64,000 nucleotides of DNA from Clostridia bacterium (lineage in GTDB: Bacteria > Bacillota > Clostridia > RUG12999): NCBI GenBank assembly GCA_045633565.1, contig JAZQYO010000026.1, positions 915 through 64,914 of the forward strand, read 5' to 3'. The first letter of the stretch is position 1, and each line of letters begins with the position of its first letter. The position numbers and the translations under genes were made by a program. The notes under the pieces are model-generated. The model saw nothing but the letters and a program-made list of their open reading frames with translations, made no database searches and was not told the DNA's origin. Below are positions 25,054-34,436 of this stretch, one piece after another.

Positions 25054-26025
25054 CTAATTTACTTTGTAGTTTTTATCAAATGCATATTTCTTTATCGTCG
25101 GAAATATTGACGAATCAACTTGTTGAGCCGCAACAACTAACCCTCTTAATCTACGTCTACTTTCTGTATCTTCAGGATTCTGTTTTAACTTTTCAAATTC
25201 ATCTTTTATATTTTTTCTCATTGAATTTCTGACGGAGACTTTTCCGGTTTTATTTATAACGGCACCAGTTATAACCTTTGGGTAAAGCTTTGAATAAGAT
25301 ACTTCTTTACCTGCCGATAACTGATACCCATATTTTTTCACAATTAATTTAATTTTAGTCTTGATTCGGTTTGATATTACATTCTTTGACGAAAAAGTAA
25401 CATCATCAACATAAATGGTCATAACCATACCATTATTATCACACAATCGTTGCAATTCGTCAAACATTTTATGATTTACCATATAAGAAAGTATTTGACT
25501 TGTCGGAGAACCGGAAATTAAATGATTTCTTGTTGTAACGCCTTTAACATTTAAGAACTCATTTATTTTATCTATATCTTTAACATTTGCAACATCTATA
25601 TCTACAGTTGATATATTTGTCAGAAACTCTGCTATATCTGATGAGGTTCGTAGCTCATCCTTAAAAAAAGAATAAACTCTTTCGCGTGGAATGCTTGGAA
25701 AGAATGCTGTAAAATCTATTTTGTATACATATTTGTTCCCTTTATGCCAATAAGCATTTTGAGCATATGACTTTCCCTTTACACCCGAAAATACATTGTC
25801 AGGCACTACAATAGCATATAATAATTTTTTTACTCTTGATTGAATTTCTTTTAATATATCGTCTGGTTTTTCTATAATCCTAGGCTTCACAGTTTCATCT
25901 ATGTATGGTTCAATTAACGAGCATACATATTTTTGTTCAAAAATGTGGTTGTCTGATATGTTCAAATAATATTTTAATAATTTTTTAGAATGAAGTTGAA
26001 ACAACTTACAGTTTGTATATATCAA
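25054..26025 (-). CDS. Retron-type reverse transcriptase, 323 aa
   Basis: RT motifs PRIIEKPDDILKEIQSRVKKLL (motif 1), FSGVKGKSYAQNAYWH-GNKYVYKIDFTAFFPSI (retron NAxxH plus the D..FF.S box), LISGSPTSQIL (QG.P.SP-like), IYVDDVTF (YxDD), GYQLSAGKEV, and PKVITGAVIN (retron VTG region). Closely parallels Ec86 RT. TTG start with GAGGTG RBS. Confidence 0.85.
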   Translation of the reverse strand: MIYTNCKLFQLHSKKLLKYYLNISDNHIFEQKYVCSLIEPYIDETVKPRIIEKPDDILKEIQSRVKKLLYAIVVPDNVFSGVKGKSYAQNAYWHKGNKYVYKIDFTAFFPSIPRERVYSFFKDELRTSSDIAEFLTNISTVDIDVANVKDIDKINEFLNVKGVTTRNHLISGSPTSQILSYMVNHKMFDELQRLCDNNGMVMTIYVDDVTFSSKNVISNRIKTKIKLIVKKYGYQLSAGKEVSYSKLYPKVITGAVINKTGKVSVRNSMRKNIKDEFEKLKQNPEDTESRRRLRGLVVAAQQVDSSIFPTIKKYAFDKNYKVN

Positions 26026-26061
26026 CAGGTTAACACCTCATTATTTTTAAGTGTGCTGGTA

Positions 26062-26247
26062 TTAGTAGTTTTCTGCTATGCTAATTAACAAACGGATAAC
26101 ATTAGCACGCAGTTCAGGACTACAAAATGATACAACCAGTGTTAGGCATACAATAGCGATGAGTGTCATTACCAAAGATTTGCCATCAATAGAAAATGTA
26201 TTACCACTAAGAATGTTAATGGTAATTTTTTTATCCGCTTTCTTCAC
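26062..26247 (-). CDS. Small single-TM protein, 61 aa, co-transcribed upstream of the RT; candidate retron effector or accessory protein
   Basis: GTG start with strong RBS AAGGAGGTG 7 nt upstream; one hydrophobic helix LVMTLIAIVCLTLVVSF with positively charged flanks. Confidence 0.5.
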   Translation of the reverse strand: MKKADKKITINILSGNTFSIDGKSLVMTLIAIVCLTLVVSFCSPELRANVIRLLISIAENY

Positions 26248-26262
26248 GAATTTTCACCTCCT

Positions 26263-26561
26263 TGTTATTTTTGGCCTCAAACAAAAGTTTAAGGACTCCC
26301 CAATCCTCTAATAACAAAGAGATAATAGCCGTATACCAATAACACCAGCACATTCTAACTCCCCATATATTAATGGAGATTATTCTACACTACAACATTC
26401 ATCACCATATCAATCGTTATAGTTATATTTTCTATAAGAATAAACGAGTGTATGATATAAAGTGTGTCTGCTGTTGTAAAAATGCATCCATGCTTTCACA
26501 CGATGCCGCCCACAAAAATTATGAGCCACATTGGGAGTAAGTCTGACTATTTTTACACTGG
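26263..26561 (-). ncRNA. About 300-nt untranslated leader of the small-ORF/RT operon; candidate retron msr-msd-like non-coding RNA
   Basis: Transcript start inferred from the promoter at 26568-26596. Contains CTTACTCCCAA (26540-26530) that can pair with GGGGAGTTAG (26363-26354) or GGGGAGTCCT (26300-26291), plus several local hairpins. No ORF of 60 aa or more. Confidence 0.3.
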
Positions 26562-26567
26562 TATATT

Positions 26568-26596
26568 CATTATATCATAAAAGTTGTTGAAATTCA
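26568..26596 (-). promoter_or_regulatory. Near-consensus sigma-A promoter TTGAAT-17-TATAAT driving the leader, small ORF and RT
   Basis: Minus-strand cttgaatttcaacaacttttatgatataatg. Confidence 0.5.
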
Positions 26597-26698
26597 AGAT
26601 TTTAACTAAAATATAGATACTTTTTTATCCGCACATTCGTCAAATTAAATGCCTTCTGATAAAATGAAGATACCAAATTTAAAGGAGGCGTTCACGCA

Positions 26699-27082
26699 AT
26701 GAAGGAAAAATTTATTGAAAACGGAATTGAGTATGTAAGAAACGGCGATTACTACATTCCAAACCTAAAAGCACCTGAAGGAACTTACAACATCGGCAAG
26801 TATGGCAGGTTGCACTCAATATTTATTAAAGAAAATCGCCCAACAGTTTACTCAATGAAAATGCTCAACGGAACTTGGCTTGCATATCTTGAAGAAATTG
26901 ACACAACTGCAAAGGAAATGATTGATAAGCTCATAAAAGATATGGCGGTCCAGCAAGGAATCACTGAAGAACTCAAAGCAAAAGACCAAATTGCGTGGGT
27001 GGGTGCTATGAACAACATTCGCCACTCAGCAGAAGAATTTGTATTGCGAGATTTTGTCTATTCGATGGAGGTACAAAAATGA
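26699..27082 (+). CDS. TnpV-like transposon-associated protein
   Basis: MKEKFIENGIEYVRNGDYYIPNLKAPEG..IGKYGRLHSIFIKENRPTVYSMKMLNGTWLAYLEEID...ITEELKAKDQIAWVGAMNNIRHSAEEFVLRDFVY follows the TnpV family pattern (GDY.IP.L, IG.YGR, EH.P, ..G.L..HL.EID, VTEELKA.DQM.WV..MNNI). RBS AAAGGAGG. Confidence 0.65.
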   Translation: MKEKFIENGIEYVRNGDYYIPNLKAPEGTYNIGKYGRLHSIFIKENRPTVYSMKMLNGTWLAYLEEIDTTAKEMIDKLIKDMAVQQGITEELKAKDQIAWVGAMNNIRHSAEEFVLRDFVYSMEVQK

Positions 27083-27375
27083 GCTTTCTTGATGAATTAT
27101 ATTACGGTAATATCAACCCAAATGAAAATCGAAACAGAAAACCTCTTCCTTATGAAAAAGCTGTGAGAACCTTTTCTGATATTGAAAGTAAACTGTCAAA
27201 GGAATTAAATGGAGAAAATTTGAAACTTTTTAATGAGCTTGTAAATGCAAGTGATGAAATAAGTGCTACAAGCGGCGTTGAAAATTTCAAAACAGGATTC
27301 AGACTTGGAATTATGATGATGTGCGACAGCTTATTGTTTGATAACAGCACCATCCTAAAAGATATTAAGTTTTAA
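27079..27375 (+). CDS. Hypothetical protein (MSFLDELYYGNINPNE...), 98 aa, translationally coupled to the tnpV-like gene
   Basis: ATGA start/stop overlap; RBS GGAGG. This N-terminal motif is, from memory, common next to tnpV-like genes in Firmicutes mobile elements. Confidence 0.5.
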   Translation: MSFLDELYYGNINPNENRNRKPLPYEKAVRTFSDIESKLSKELNGENLKLFNELVNASDEISATSGVENFKTGFRLGIMMMCDSLLFDNSTILKDIKF

Positions 27376-27390
27376 CGGAGGTATTTCAAA

Positions 27391-27957
27391 ATGAAAAAAT
27401 CAATCATATCCATCATATCAATCGTATCAGTTTTAATAAGTTCTTGTTCTGTAAATGCAGCAGAGGTGCCGAGAGAGTCGGCACCCTGCACTGCCACAAA
27501 TGATGCAATAGTTATTGTTGAAACTTTTATTGGCGATATTTTAACCGAAGTGCAGAACGGTTTGGGATATGCCGATGCAAGAGCAAAATCAAACCGCATA
27601 TTCTTCAACGCTTGGCTGAATGGTCAGACAAATGGTTACAGCTACGGTGAGCTTGTTGACATAGCCAATAATGCGATATGGCAATATCGGGATATGTATC
27701 TGCGACCTGATTTCTATGCAAACAATCTTGAAAAAGTCAGAGTTATTATTACACCTGTAATTGAAGATTATAAATCAGGCAGAATCACTTATGCAGAAGC
27801 AGAATTTGATGCCCGTGTTAAAATCTATCAATCAGTAAATCCAAACTTCAATCCCGATGTGGAATATATGAAAGACCCGATATACAGAGATATTCCATCA
27901 GTGGATAACAGCTTATTTACATTAGCAAGAAAAATACTTATTGAGAACTGCCATTAA
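27391..27957 (+). CDS. Predicted secreted lipoprotein, 188 aa
   Basis: Signal peptide MKKSIISIISIVSVLISSCS with lipobox LISSC; RBS GGAGG; terminated by a bidirectional hairpin. Confidence 0.55.
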   Translation: MKKSIISIISIVSVLISSCSVNAAEVPRESAPCTATNDAIVIVETFIGDILTEVQNGLGYADARAKSNRIFFNAWLNGQTNGYSYGELVDIANNAIWQYRDMYLRPDFYANNLEKVRVIITPVIEDYKSGRITYAEAEFDARVKIYQSVNPNFNPDVEYMKDPIYRDIPSVDNSLFTLARKILIENCH

Positions 27958-27990
27958 ACCAATAAAAGAGCGACCGTTTTGGTCGCTCTT
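27958..27990. terminator. Bidirectional terminator (AAAGAGCGACCgttttGGTCGCTCTTT)
   Basis: Perfect 11-bp stem between convergent genes. Confidence 0.6.
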
Positions 27991-27996
27991 TGAATG

Positions 27997-28191
27997 TCAT
28001 TCATTTACTTTATCTATAAAGAAATTTACACTTCCGCATTCGCCACATACAAAAGCGGCTATTTTATTGCTTTTGGGAAAAAGTTTTTTTGAGTCTTTAT
28101 TCGCAATAAAGTATAGTTTAAAACTATCAGCAGTTTGAACATCACCTAATACTAAGTTTGCTGAACCACAGCAAGAACATTTTCTTTCCAT
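27997..28191 (-). CDS. Small zinc-ribbon protein (CxxC...CxxC), 64 aa; last gene of the long minus-strand operon
   Basis: MERKCSCCGS...FVCGECGS; immediately downstream of ftsH. Confidence 0.45.
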   Translation of the reverse strand: MERKCSCCGSANLVLGDVQTADSFKLYFIANKDSKKLFPKSNKIAAFVCGECGSVNFFIDKVNE

Positions 28192-28204
28192 AAAAACCTC
28201 CTTA

Positions 28205-30016
28205 TTATTTATCCAAGTAATCCATAAATTCTTTGCCGGTAATTGTTTCTTTTTCGTATAAATGTAAACTTAATTCAGTCAATTTTTCTTTGTTTGCTTC
28301 TAAAAGTTTTATTGCATCATTGTGAGCAGACTTAATAATTGATAAAACTTCTTTGTCAATTTTTGTAGCAGTTTCTAATGAGCAATTCAAACCATATTCT
28401 GTTTGTAGATACTGAGAACTTTCTGTACTTAAAGCCATCATATCAAACTCGTCACTCATACCGAACCTTGTAACCATTCCACGAGCAATTTGAGTTGCTT
28501 TTTCCATATCATTTGCGGCTCCGGTTGTATAATAGCCGTATATCACTTCTTCCGCAGCACGACCTGCAGTTAAAGCCACAATTCTATTATACAAATCTTC
28601 TCGACTGTATAGCACTTTGTCTGCATCATCAATTTGCATTGTATATCCAAGCGCACCTGATGTTCTAGGAACAATAGTAATTTTATGTACGGGCGTTGAC
28701 TTAGTTAATAACGCAATGGCAAGTGCGTGACCAATCTCATGATATGAAACAATTAATTTATCCTTGTCAGACACTAATGCATTTTTTCTCTGATATCCAA
28801 CGGCAACAACATCTATTGCTTCATCGAAGTCCTCTTGTATAACATAATCTCTTTTCATTTTTACGGCTCTTAAAGCAGCTTCATTTACTATATTGGCAAT
28901 TTCAGCTCCTGATACACCACTCGTTGCTTTTGCGATTAGGTTAAAATCGACTTCACTATGTATTTTAACATTTTTAGTGTGAACTGTCAATATATCCAAT
29001 CTGCCATTATAGTCAGGCAACTCTAACGGAACCCTTCTATCAAATCGACCAGGTCTTAGTAAAGCTTTATCTAATGATTCAGGGCGATTTGTAGCAGCAA
29101 GTATAACGATATTACTTTTATCATTAAACCCATCCATTTCAATAAGTAATTGATTTAATGTTTGCTCTCTTTCGTCATTACCCGTATTATTTACACCACT
29201 GCCATCACGTTTTTTACCAATAGTATCTATTTCGTCAATAAAAATAATACACGGTGCTTTTTCTCTTGCTTGTTGAAATAACTTTCTTACTTTTGCAGCT
29301 CCCATTCCTACATACATTTCAACAAATGCAGAACCCGAAATAGAAAAGAAAGGAACATTCGCTTCACCTGCAACAGCTTTTGCCATTAATGTTTTTCCCG
29401 TTCCCGGTGGTCCTACCAACAGAACACCCTTCGGAATTTTAGCACCGATTGAATTGTATTTATCAGAATCATGTAAATAATCAACAATTTCAAGCAAAGT
29501 TTCTTTAGCTTCGTCTTGCCCTGCCACATCTGCAAATGTAGTTTCACAGTTTTCAATCACATCAAAGTTCTTGTCATCAAATCTAAGCTTTGTAGATTCC
29601 CAAAAGTTTTTGGTGCCATCTTGTTTTGTGATTTTTGAGATCCCTTTAAACAACGAAAGAACAACAAACCACGGAAGTATCCATTGCAAAAAGAAGTTTC
29701 TTGATTTTGTTGTTTTAGACTTCTCAGTTTTGTCATATACAACATTTTCTGTTTCTTCTAATCTTGAAATTAATCGTTCATCAGTTTCCAATTTTGCTAC
29801 TTCAAAAGCATTGTTTTCTTTGGAGTTGGTATAATATATTAATTTATCATCATGTATTTGAACTTCGGTTATAACTTTATTGTCCAAAGAATTAATAAAC
29901 TCACTGTATTCAACTTTAGTTTTGTTCTCCCCAACATTGGGGAGAACAAACATATCGAATACGATGACACTTATGGTCAATATGCACCAAATTATTACCT
30001 TTCCATATTTTTTCAT
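28205..30016 (-). CDS. ftsH: ATP-dependent zinc metalloprotease FtsH (accessory paralog in the AT-rich island)
   Basis: Two N-terminal TM helices, AAA+ Walker [19 protein letters not shown], Walker [16 protein letters not shown]41 HEIGHAL zinc site; 603 aa. Confidence 0.9.
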   Translation of the reverse strand: MKKYGKVIIWCILTISVIVFDMFVLPNVGENKTKVEYSEFINSLDNKVITEVQIHDDKLIYYTNSKENNAFEVAKLETDERLISRLEETENVVYDKTEKSKTTKSRNFFLQWILPWFVVLSLFKGISKITKQDGTKNFWESTKLRFDDKNFDVIENCETTFADVAGQDEAKETLLEIVDYLHDSDKYNSIGAKIPKGVLLVGPPGTGKTLMAKAVAGEANVPFFSISGSAFVEMYVGMGAAKVRKLFQQAREKAPCIIFIDEIDTIGKKRDGSGVNNTGNDEREQTLNQLLIEMDGFNDKSNIVILAATNRPESLDKALLRPGRFDRRVPLELPDYNGRLDILTVHTKNVKIHSEVDFNLIAKATSGVSGAEIANIVNEAALRAVKMKRDYVIQEDFDEAIDVVAVGYQRKNALVSDKDKLIVSYHEIGHALAIALLTKSTPVHKITIVPRTSGALGYTMQIDDADKVLYSREDLYNRIVALTAGRAAEEVIYGYYTTGAANDMEKATQIARGMVTRFGMSDEFDMMALSTESSQYLQTEYGLNCSLETATKIDKEVLSIIKSAHNDAIKLLEANKEKLTELSLHLYEKETITGKEFMDYLDK

Positions 30017-30037
30017 ATATTATACCTTCTTAAATAA

Positions 30038-32575
30038 TTATTTCTTCGCAGCTACAATTATTCTAATTCTTCCGCCACTTTTTTGTGATTTATCATAATA
30101 TGCTTGTATTGAATACAATTCACGCTCAGCAATTAATTCGTCTAATCCTAAAATCAAGTATGTTCCTGAATAGTTTCTTAAATAAACAACAACTTCATCA
30201 GAAATAGCATAAGATGTTTGTCCACTCTTAAGATGTGTATTGTTTATTTCTGAAACAGAACCTTTTAATAAGGTTAAAGACTGCATACTCTTCAGTTCTT
30301 CATCTTGGATAATGAATTTTGCAGGCGTTCCTCTTGATACGGAAGTAAACATCCTATCGCTTGTGGAATAAGTATATACTGTTCCGGCAATATCATACTC
30401 ATATTCACCCGACATAAAATATTCATCAGATTCATTCTTAACTTTCGTTACAATACCGTATTTAATCATATCTCCGGTAACATTATTTAGGATTAATTTT
30501 GAAACTTTATTCTTTTCATCTAATTCATAATAAGCAACACTATTTGAACTTAGTGTAACCCCATCTATACGTTGCGGATAAATAGATTTGTACAAAGTAG
30601 CGTCACTTGAAGATGTGGAATAGACATCAAGAATTTTTACATCTGTTGACAAGTCATAAGTTCCAATAGTTTTATTATCCCAATCAAGCTTGCCTGAAAT
30701 TGTATATTTATCTGTTATTCTACTTAATTTAGCTTTTTCATTTTCAAACGAAACTTTTACTATTGCATTAACATAGCTTTTGCAAGAGGTATTCGTTATA
30801 TAATCTGTTTCAGTTCCATCAGGAGCGACTAAGCAAGCATAATATGATTTTGTACTAGTATTATCAACCTTAAACTCTTTTGCTCCTGCTTCTTTAACAA
30901 AATATACCAAGTTCTGTGTTTTTGCAGACGGAGTGATTACATCTGCAACTTTACCGTCCTTACCCAACAATAGCGTTATTGTATCGCCGTAATTAACGCT
31001 ACCATTTGATGATAATTTATTAAATGCAGTTGAACTTTCTATATCATAATTCTTACCGGATACAGTAATGCTACTTGGTGTATCTTTGTTTGGTGTTGCA
31101 TTCTGATATACACCTGTATATTGCTTGTTATATGCAAATACCATGTTCAAATCATTAGAATAATATAAAATATCGTTTACTTGAACATCTGATGAACTAC
31201 ATTTTACTCCATTTCTAATAATTGATGCAGTTGAAACATCTACAGAGAATTTATTTTGCCATCCACCTGAAGCTGCCGTAACCGGACCAATATATTCACC
31301 TTTTTCTACACTAATATAAGAAATAATATTATTAGTGTATTTAACATTGAATACATCGCCAATAACAAGTTCAGACTTTATATCGCCGTAAGTATATTTG
31401 TTATTTCCTTTATATACAACAACATCATCATTTATTGTTAATTGCTGCATTGTGTTACCTTTATATACAAGAACGGAATCGTTTAATGCAGAATAATAAA
31501 CATATTTAGTCAAATCAGCCTGAGCTATGGTGTTTGAGGTAGTTTCATTAACAACTATATATTGTATAATTCCATTGTTATATCTAATAGATAAAACATC
31601 TCCCAAGTTTAATGAGTCTTTAATAGTAGCATATGTTGTTTTTGTTCCATCCTTATATGTTACAACATCATTATTAATATTTAGTTCGTATCGAACATTA
31701 TCAAGATAAGTAACTATTGTGTCATCAAGAATTGATGATACAACATATTTTTTTACTACATAATTTCCTTCTTGTTCTGTAGAAGATGATGGGGTAACCG
31801 CTACAAATCCTAGAGCATCCCCATATTGGTCTAAAAGCAATGTCCCTTTTTGACCGACATAGTTTTTGCTTAAAACATATTTAGATTCAAAAGTACCGTT
31901 ATCTGTTAATATATTTCCGGCTGCATCAATAGATATAATCTCAACATTTTCTTTTAAAGAATAGTTCAAGTCGGCAACATAATCATTGTTAGATTTATTC
32001 TTTGCTATGAGCATATTTTTTATAAGAGTTGCCACATCTCCTCTAGTCATTTCTTGACCTGCTACGCAATTTACGCCATTGAGTAGTCCTAAGTTTTGGG
32101 CGATATTTATCGGACCATAAGGCCACGAAATGGCAAAATCATCATTTGTATATCCTAACAATCTAACTATTATAGCTAAACATTCTTCAAAAACAATAGT
32201 ATTATCAGGCTTAAATGTAGCATCTTCATATCCCGATATCAAAGAATTTTCAAGTGCAACATAAATATATGGCGCTCCCCAATAGGTGTACTTTACATCT
32301 TTAAAAATAGAAACTTGAATACTGCTTGACACTAGGCTTCTATATTTTGATGCTTCTACAATTAATTTAGTAAATTCGGCTCGGTTAATTTGATTTTCTA
32401 AACGCAATTCACCGTCTTCGTACCCTGATAAAATACCTAAATTCATAAGAACTGATACATCGTTACTTGATGCAAAAACAGAAATGCTTGTGTTAGTCAG
32501 CAGAAGCAAACTTAGAATCAAACAAATTATTTTTCTTTTCATTAAATCACCTCTAACATCATAAGTTTTATTCAT
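30038..32575 (-). CDS. Large SLH-domain cell-surface protein, 845 aa, with internal beta-rich sequence repeats
   Basis: Signal peptide; three S-layer-homology segments (GILSGYEDGELRLENQINRAEF..., SLISGYEDATFKPDNTIVFEECLAII..., GLLNGVN...); two about 70-aa internal repeats (VVSSILDDTIVTYLDNVRYELNINNDVVTYKDG... and YYSALNDSVLVYKGNTMQQLTINDDVVVYKGN...). Confidence 0.8.
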   Translation of the reverse strand: MNKTYDVRGDLMKRKIICLILSLLLLTNTSISVFASSNDVSVLMNLGILSGYEDGELRLENQINRAEFTKLIVEASKYRSLVSSSIQVSIFKDVKYTYWGAPYIYVALENSLISGYEDATFKPDNTIVFEECLAIIVRLLGYTNDDFAISWPYGPINIAQNLGLLNGVNCVAGQEMTRGDVATLIKNMLIAKNKSNNDYVADLNYSLKENVEIISIDAAGNILTDNGTFESKYVLSKNYVGQKGTLLLDQYGDALGFVAVTPSSSTEQEGNYVVKKYVVSSILDDTIVTYLDNVRYELNINNDVVTYKDGTKTTYATIKDSLNLGDVLSIRYNNGIIQYIVVNETTSNTIAQADLTKYVYYSALNDSVLVYKGNTMQQLTINDDVVVYKGNNKYTYGDIKSELVIGDVFNVKYTNNIISYISVEKGEYIGPVTAASGGWQNKFSVDVSTASIIRNGVKCSSSDVQVNDILYYSNDLNMVFAYNKQYTGVYQNATPNKDTPSSITVSGKNYDIESSTAFNKLSSNGSVNYGDTITLLLGKDGKVADVITPSAKTQNLVYFVKEAGAKEFKVDNTSTKSYYACLVAPDGTETDYITNTSCKSYVNAIVKVSFENEKAKLSRITDKYTISGKLDWDNKTIGTYDLSTDVKILDVYSTSSSDATLYKSIYPQRIDGVTLSSNSVAYYELDEKNKVSKLILNNVTGDMIKYGIVTKVKNESDEYFMSGEYEYDIAGTVYTYSTSDRMFTSVSRGTPAKFIIQDEELKSMQSLTLLKGSVSEINNTHLKSGQTSYAISDEVVVYLRNYSGTYLILGLDELIAERELYSIQAYYDKSQKSGGRIRIIVAAKK

Positions 32576-33689
32576 ATCGCAGAGCTTCTATTGGATTCAT
32601 ATCAGAAGCTTTTTTAGCAGGAAGATAGCCAAACACTATACCAATGCCACAAGATACTACAACCGCTATTATTACCGCTTTAAATGATATAATTAAAGCC
32701 ATTTTCATCAATTTCGTTACAAGCCAAGACAGTCCTATTCCAAAAATAACTCCAAAAATTCCACCAATTAGACTAGTTGTAATAGCTTCAACAATAAATT
32801 GACTCATAATATCCCAAGGAGTAGCGCCAATTGATTTTCTTATGCCGATTTCTTTAATTCTTTCAGTAACAGAAACCAACATAATATTCATTATACCTAT
32901 ACCACCAACAAGCAAAGAAATAGCAGCGACTCCAACAAGAATTGCAGATATTCCATCTAATAAAGAATTCATTGTATCTTGAATATCGGTCATGCTAATA
33001 ACTGAATATGCTTCATCATCTTTAAAAATGCTAAACAGAAAATTTGAAATAAGAAACTTTGCTTTATTGTTCATTTCCGAACTAACAGTAGAAAATGAAA
33101 TACTGTCAATACTATTAGTGTGTGTTAATCTTTGCACAACAGTATATGGAATCAATATCGCATCATCGGTTGTTCCTTTTTCATTGGAACTTGCTTTATT
33201 AAGCACTCCACAAACTTTAAAGGTATAGCCCTTGATTTTAATTTCTTCACCTATAACATCTGTTTTTCCAAAAATTGTTTTTGCAGCATACGAACCAAGT
33301 ACGCAAGTGTTGATTTTCCCTTCAACATCTAAATATGAAAAAAACTTTCCACTTGCCATACTCGCTCCGTTTACCCTGCAATACATTTCACTTACACCAT
33401 TTACCGGAGTTTCATAGGATATATTGTTTTTTTTAACTTTCGGATCACCTAATGACATACTTACAGTAAAAGAATCTATCACATCTCTGTTGTCATTATA
33501 TAGATCCACTAATTGTTCCATTTCTATCGGTTTATCTATTTTTCCCGTTGTCACGGCAGAAATTTTATTTGAGCCTAATGATTGAAACGACTCGATTATC
33601 ATATTGCTAAACCCATCCATTATGGCTACTAAAGTAATTACTGCCGCTATGCCTATAATAACACCAAGCATAGTGAGAAAACTTCTCAT
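32568..33689 (-). CDS. ABC transporter permease, FtsX/MacB-type
   Basis: 373 aa; N-terminal TM, large extracytoplasmic domain, and C-terminal FtsX 4-TM block (GIRKSIGATPWDIMSQF). Confidence 0.85.
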   Translation of the reverse strand: MRSFLTMLGVIIGIAAVITLVAIMDGFSNMIIESFQSLGSNKISAVTTGKIDKPIEMEQLVDLYNDNRDVIDSFTVSMSLGDPKVKKNNISYETPVNGVSEMYCRVNGASMASGKFFSYLDVEGKINTCVLGSYAAKTIFGKTDVIGEEIKIKGYTFKVCGVLNKASSNEKGTTDDAILIPYTVVQRLTHTNSIDSISFSTVSSEMNNKAKFLISNFLFSIFKDDEAYSVISMTDIQDTMNSLLDGISAILVGVAAISLLVGGIGIMNIMLVSVTERIKEIGIRKSIGATPWDIMSQFIVEAITTSLIGGIFGVIFGIGLSWLVTKLMKMALIISFKAVIIAVVVSCGIGIVFGYLPAKKASDMNPIEALRYE

Positions 33690-33738
33690 TTTATTTACAC
33701 TTAAGCTTCTTAAGGCTAATAAAAAAGGCTGAATAATA

Positions 33739-34428
33739 TTAATTTAAACCATCTCCATTTGTATCCGCAACGATTTTTCCGTCACTTAATTGAATTATTC
33801 TATTGGTCTTATTTGCTATTGACATATCGTGGGTAATAATAATTACAGTAGAACCTTCATCGTGTAATGATTTCAAAATATTCAAAATTTCCACACCTGT
33901 TTTTGAATCCAAAGCACCCGTTGGTTCATCCGCTAATATAATTGATGGTTTTGCAACGATAGCTCTCGCTATTGCTACTCTTTGTTGCTGACCACCTGAA
34001 AGTTGTGATGGTAAATTGTTTTGCCTATCAGCCAATCCCACTATTTCCAAAGCTTCTATTGCATACTTTCTCCTTGCTTTTCGTGTTAACCCATAATACA
34101 ATAGTGGCAATTCCACATTTTCAAGTATAGTCAACTTTTGTATTAAATTGTATTGTTGAAAAATAAAACCTATTTCACGATTTCTCAAGTGAGCTTGTTC
34201 AATGGCATCCAATGTGCTAACATCTTTATTGTTTAATAAATATGTTCCGCCGGAAGGTACATCAAGACATCCCAAAATATTCATACAAGTAGATTTACCC
34301 GAACCTGATGCACCTACAATAGAAACAAACTCTCCGTCATTGATAATCAAAGAAACTCCATCTAAAGCTCTAATTTCTCTTTCTCCATCTTTATACAATT
34401 TAAAAATATTTGATAATTCTATCATCAA
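33739..34428 (-). CDS. ABC transporter ATP-binding protein, MacB/LolD/YknY-type
   Basis: Walker A GASGSGKST, signature LSGGQQQRVAIARA, Walker B ILADEPTGALD. Confidence 0.9.
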   Translation of the reverse strand: MMIELSNIFKLYKDGEREIRALDGVSLIINDGEFVSIVGASGSGKSTCMNILGCLDVPSGGTYLLNNKDVSTLDAIEQAHLRNREIGFIFQQYNLIQKLTILENVELPLLYYGLTRKARRKYAIEALEIVGLADRQNNLPSQLSGGQQQRVAIARAIVAKPSIILADEPTGALDSKTGVEILNILKSLHDEGSTVIIITHDMSIANKTNRIIQLSDGKIVADTNGDGLN

Positions 34429-34436
34429 ATCACCTA

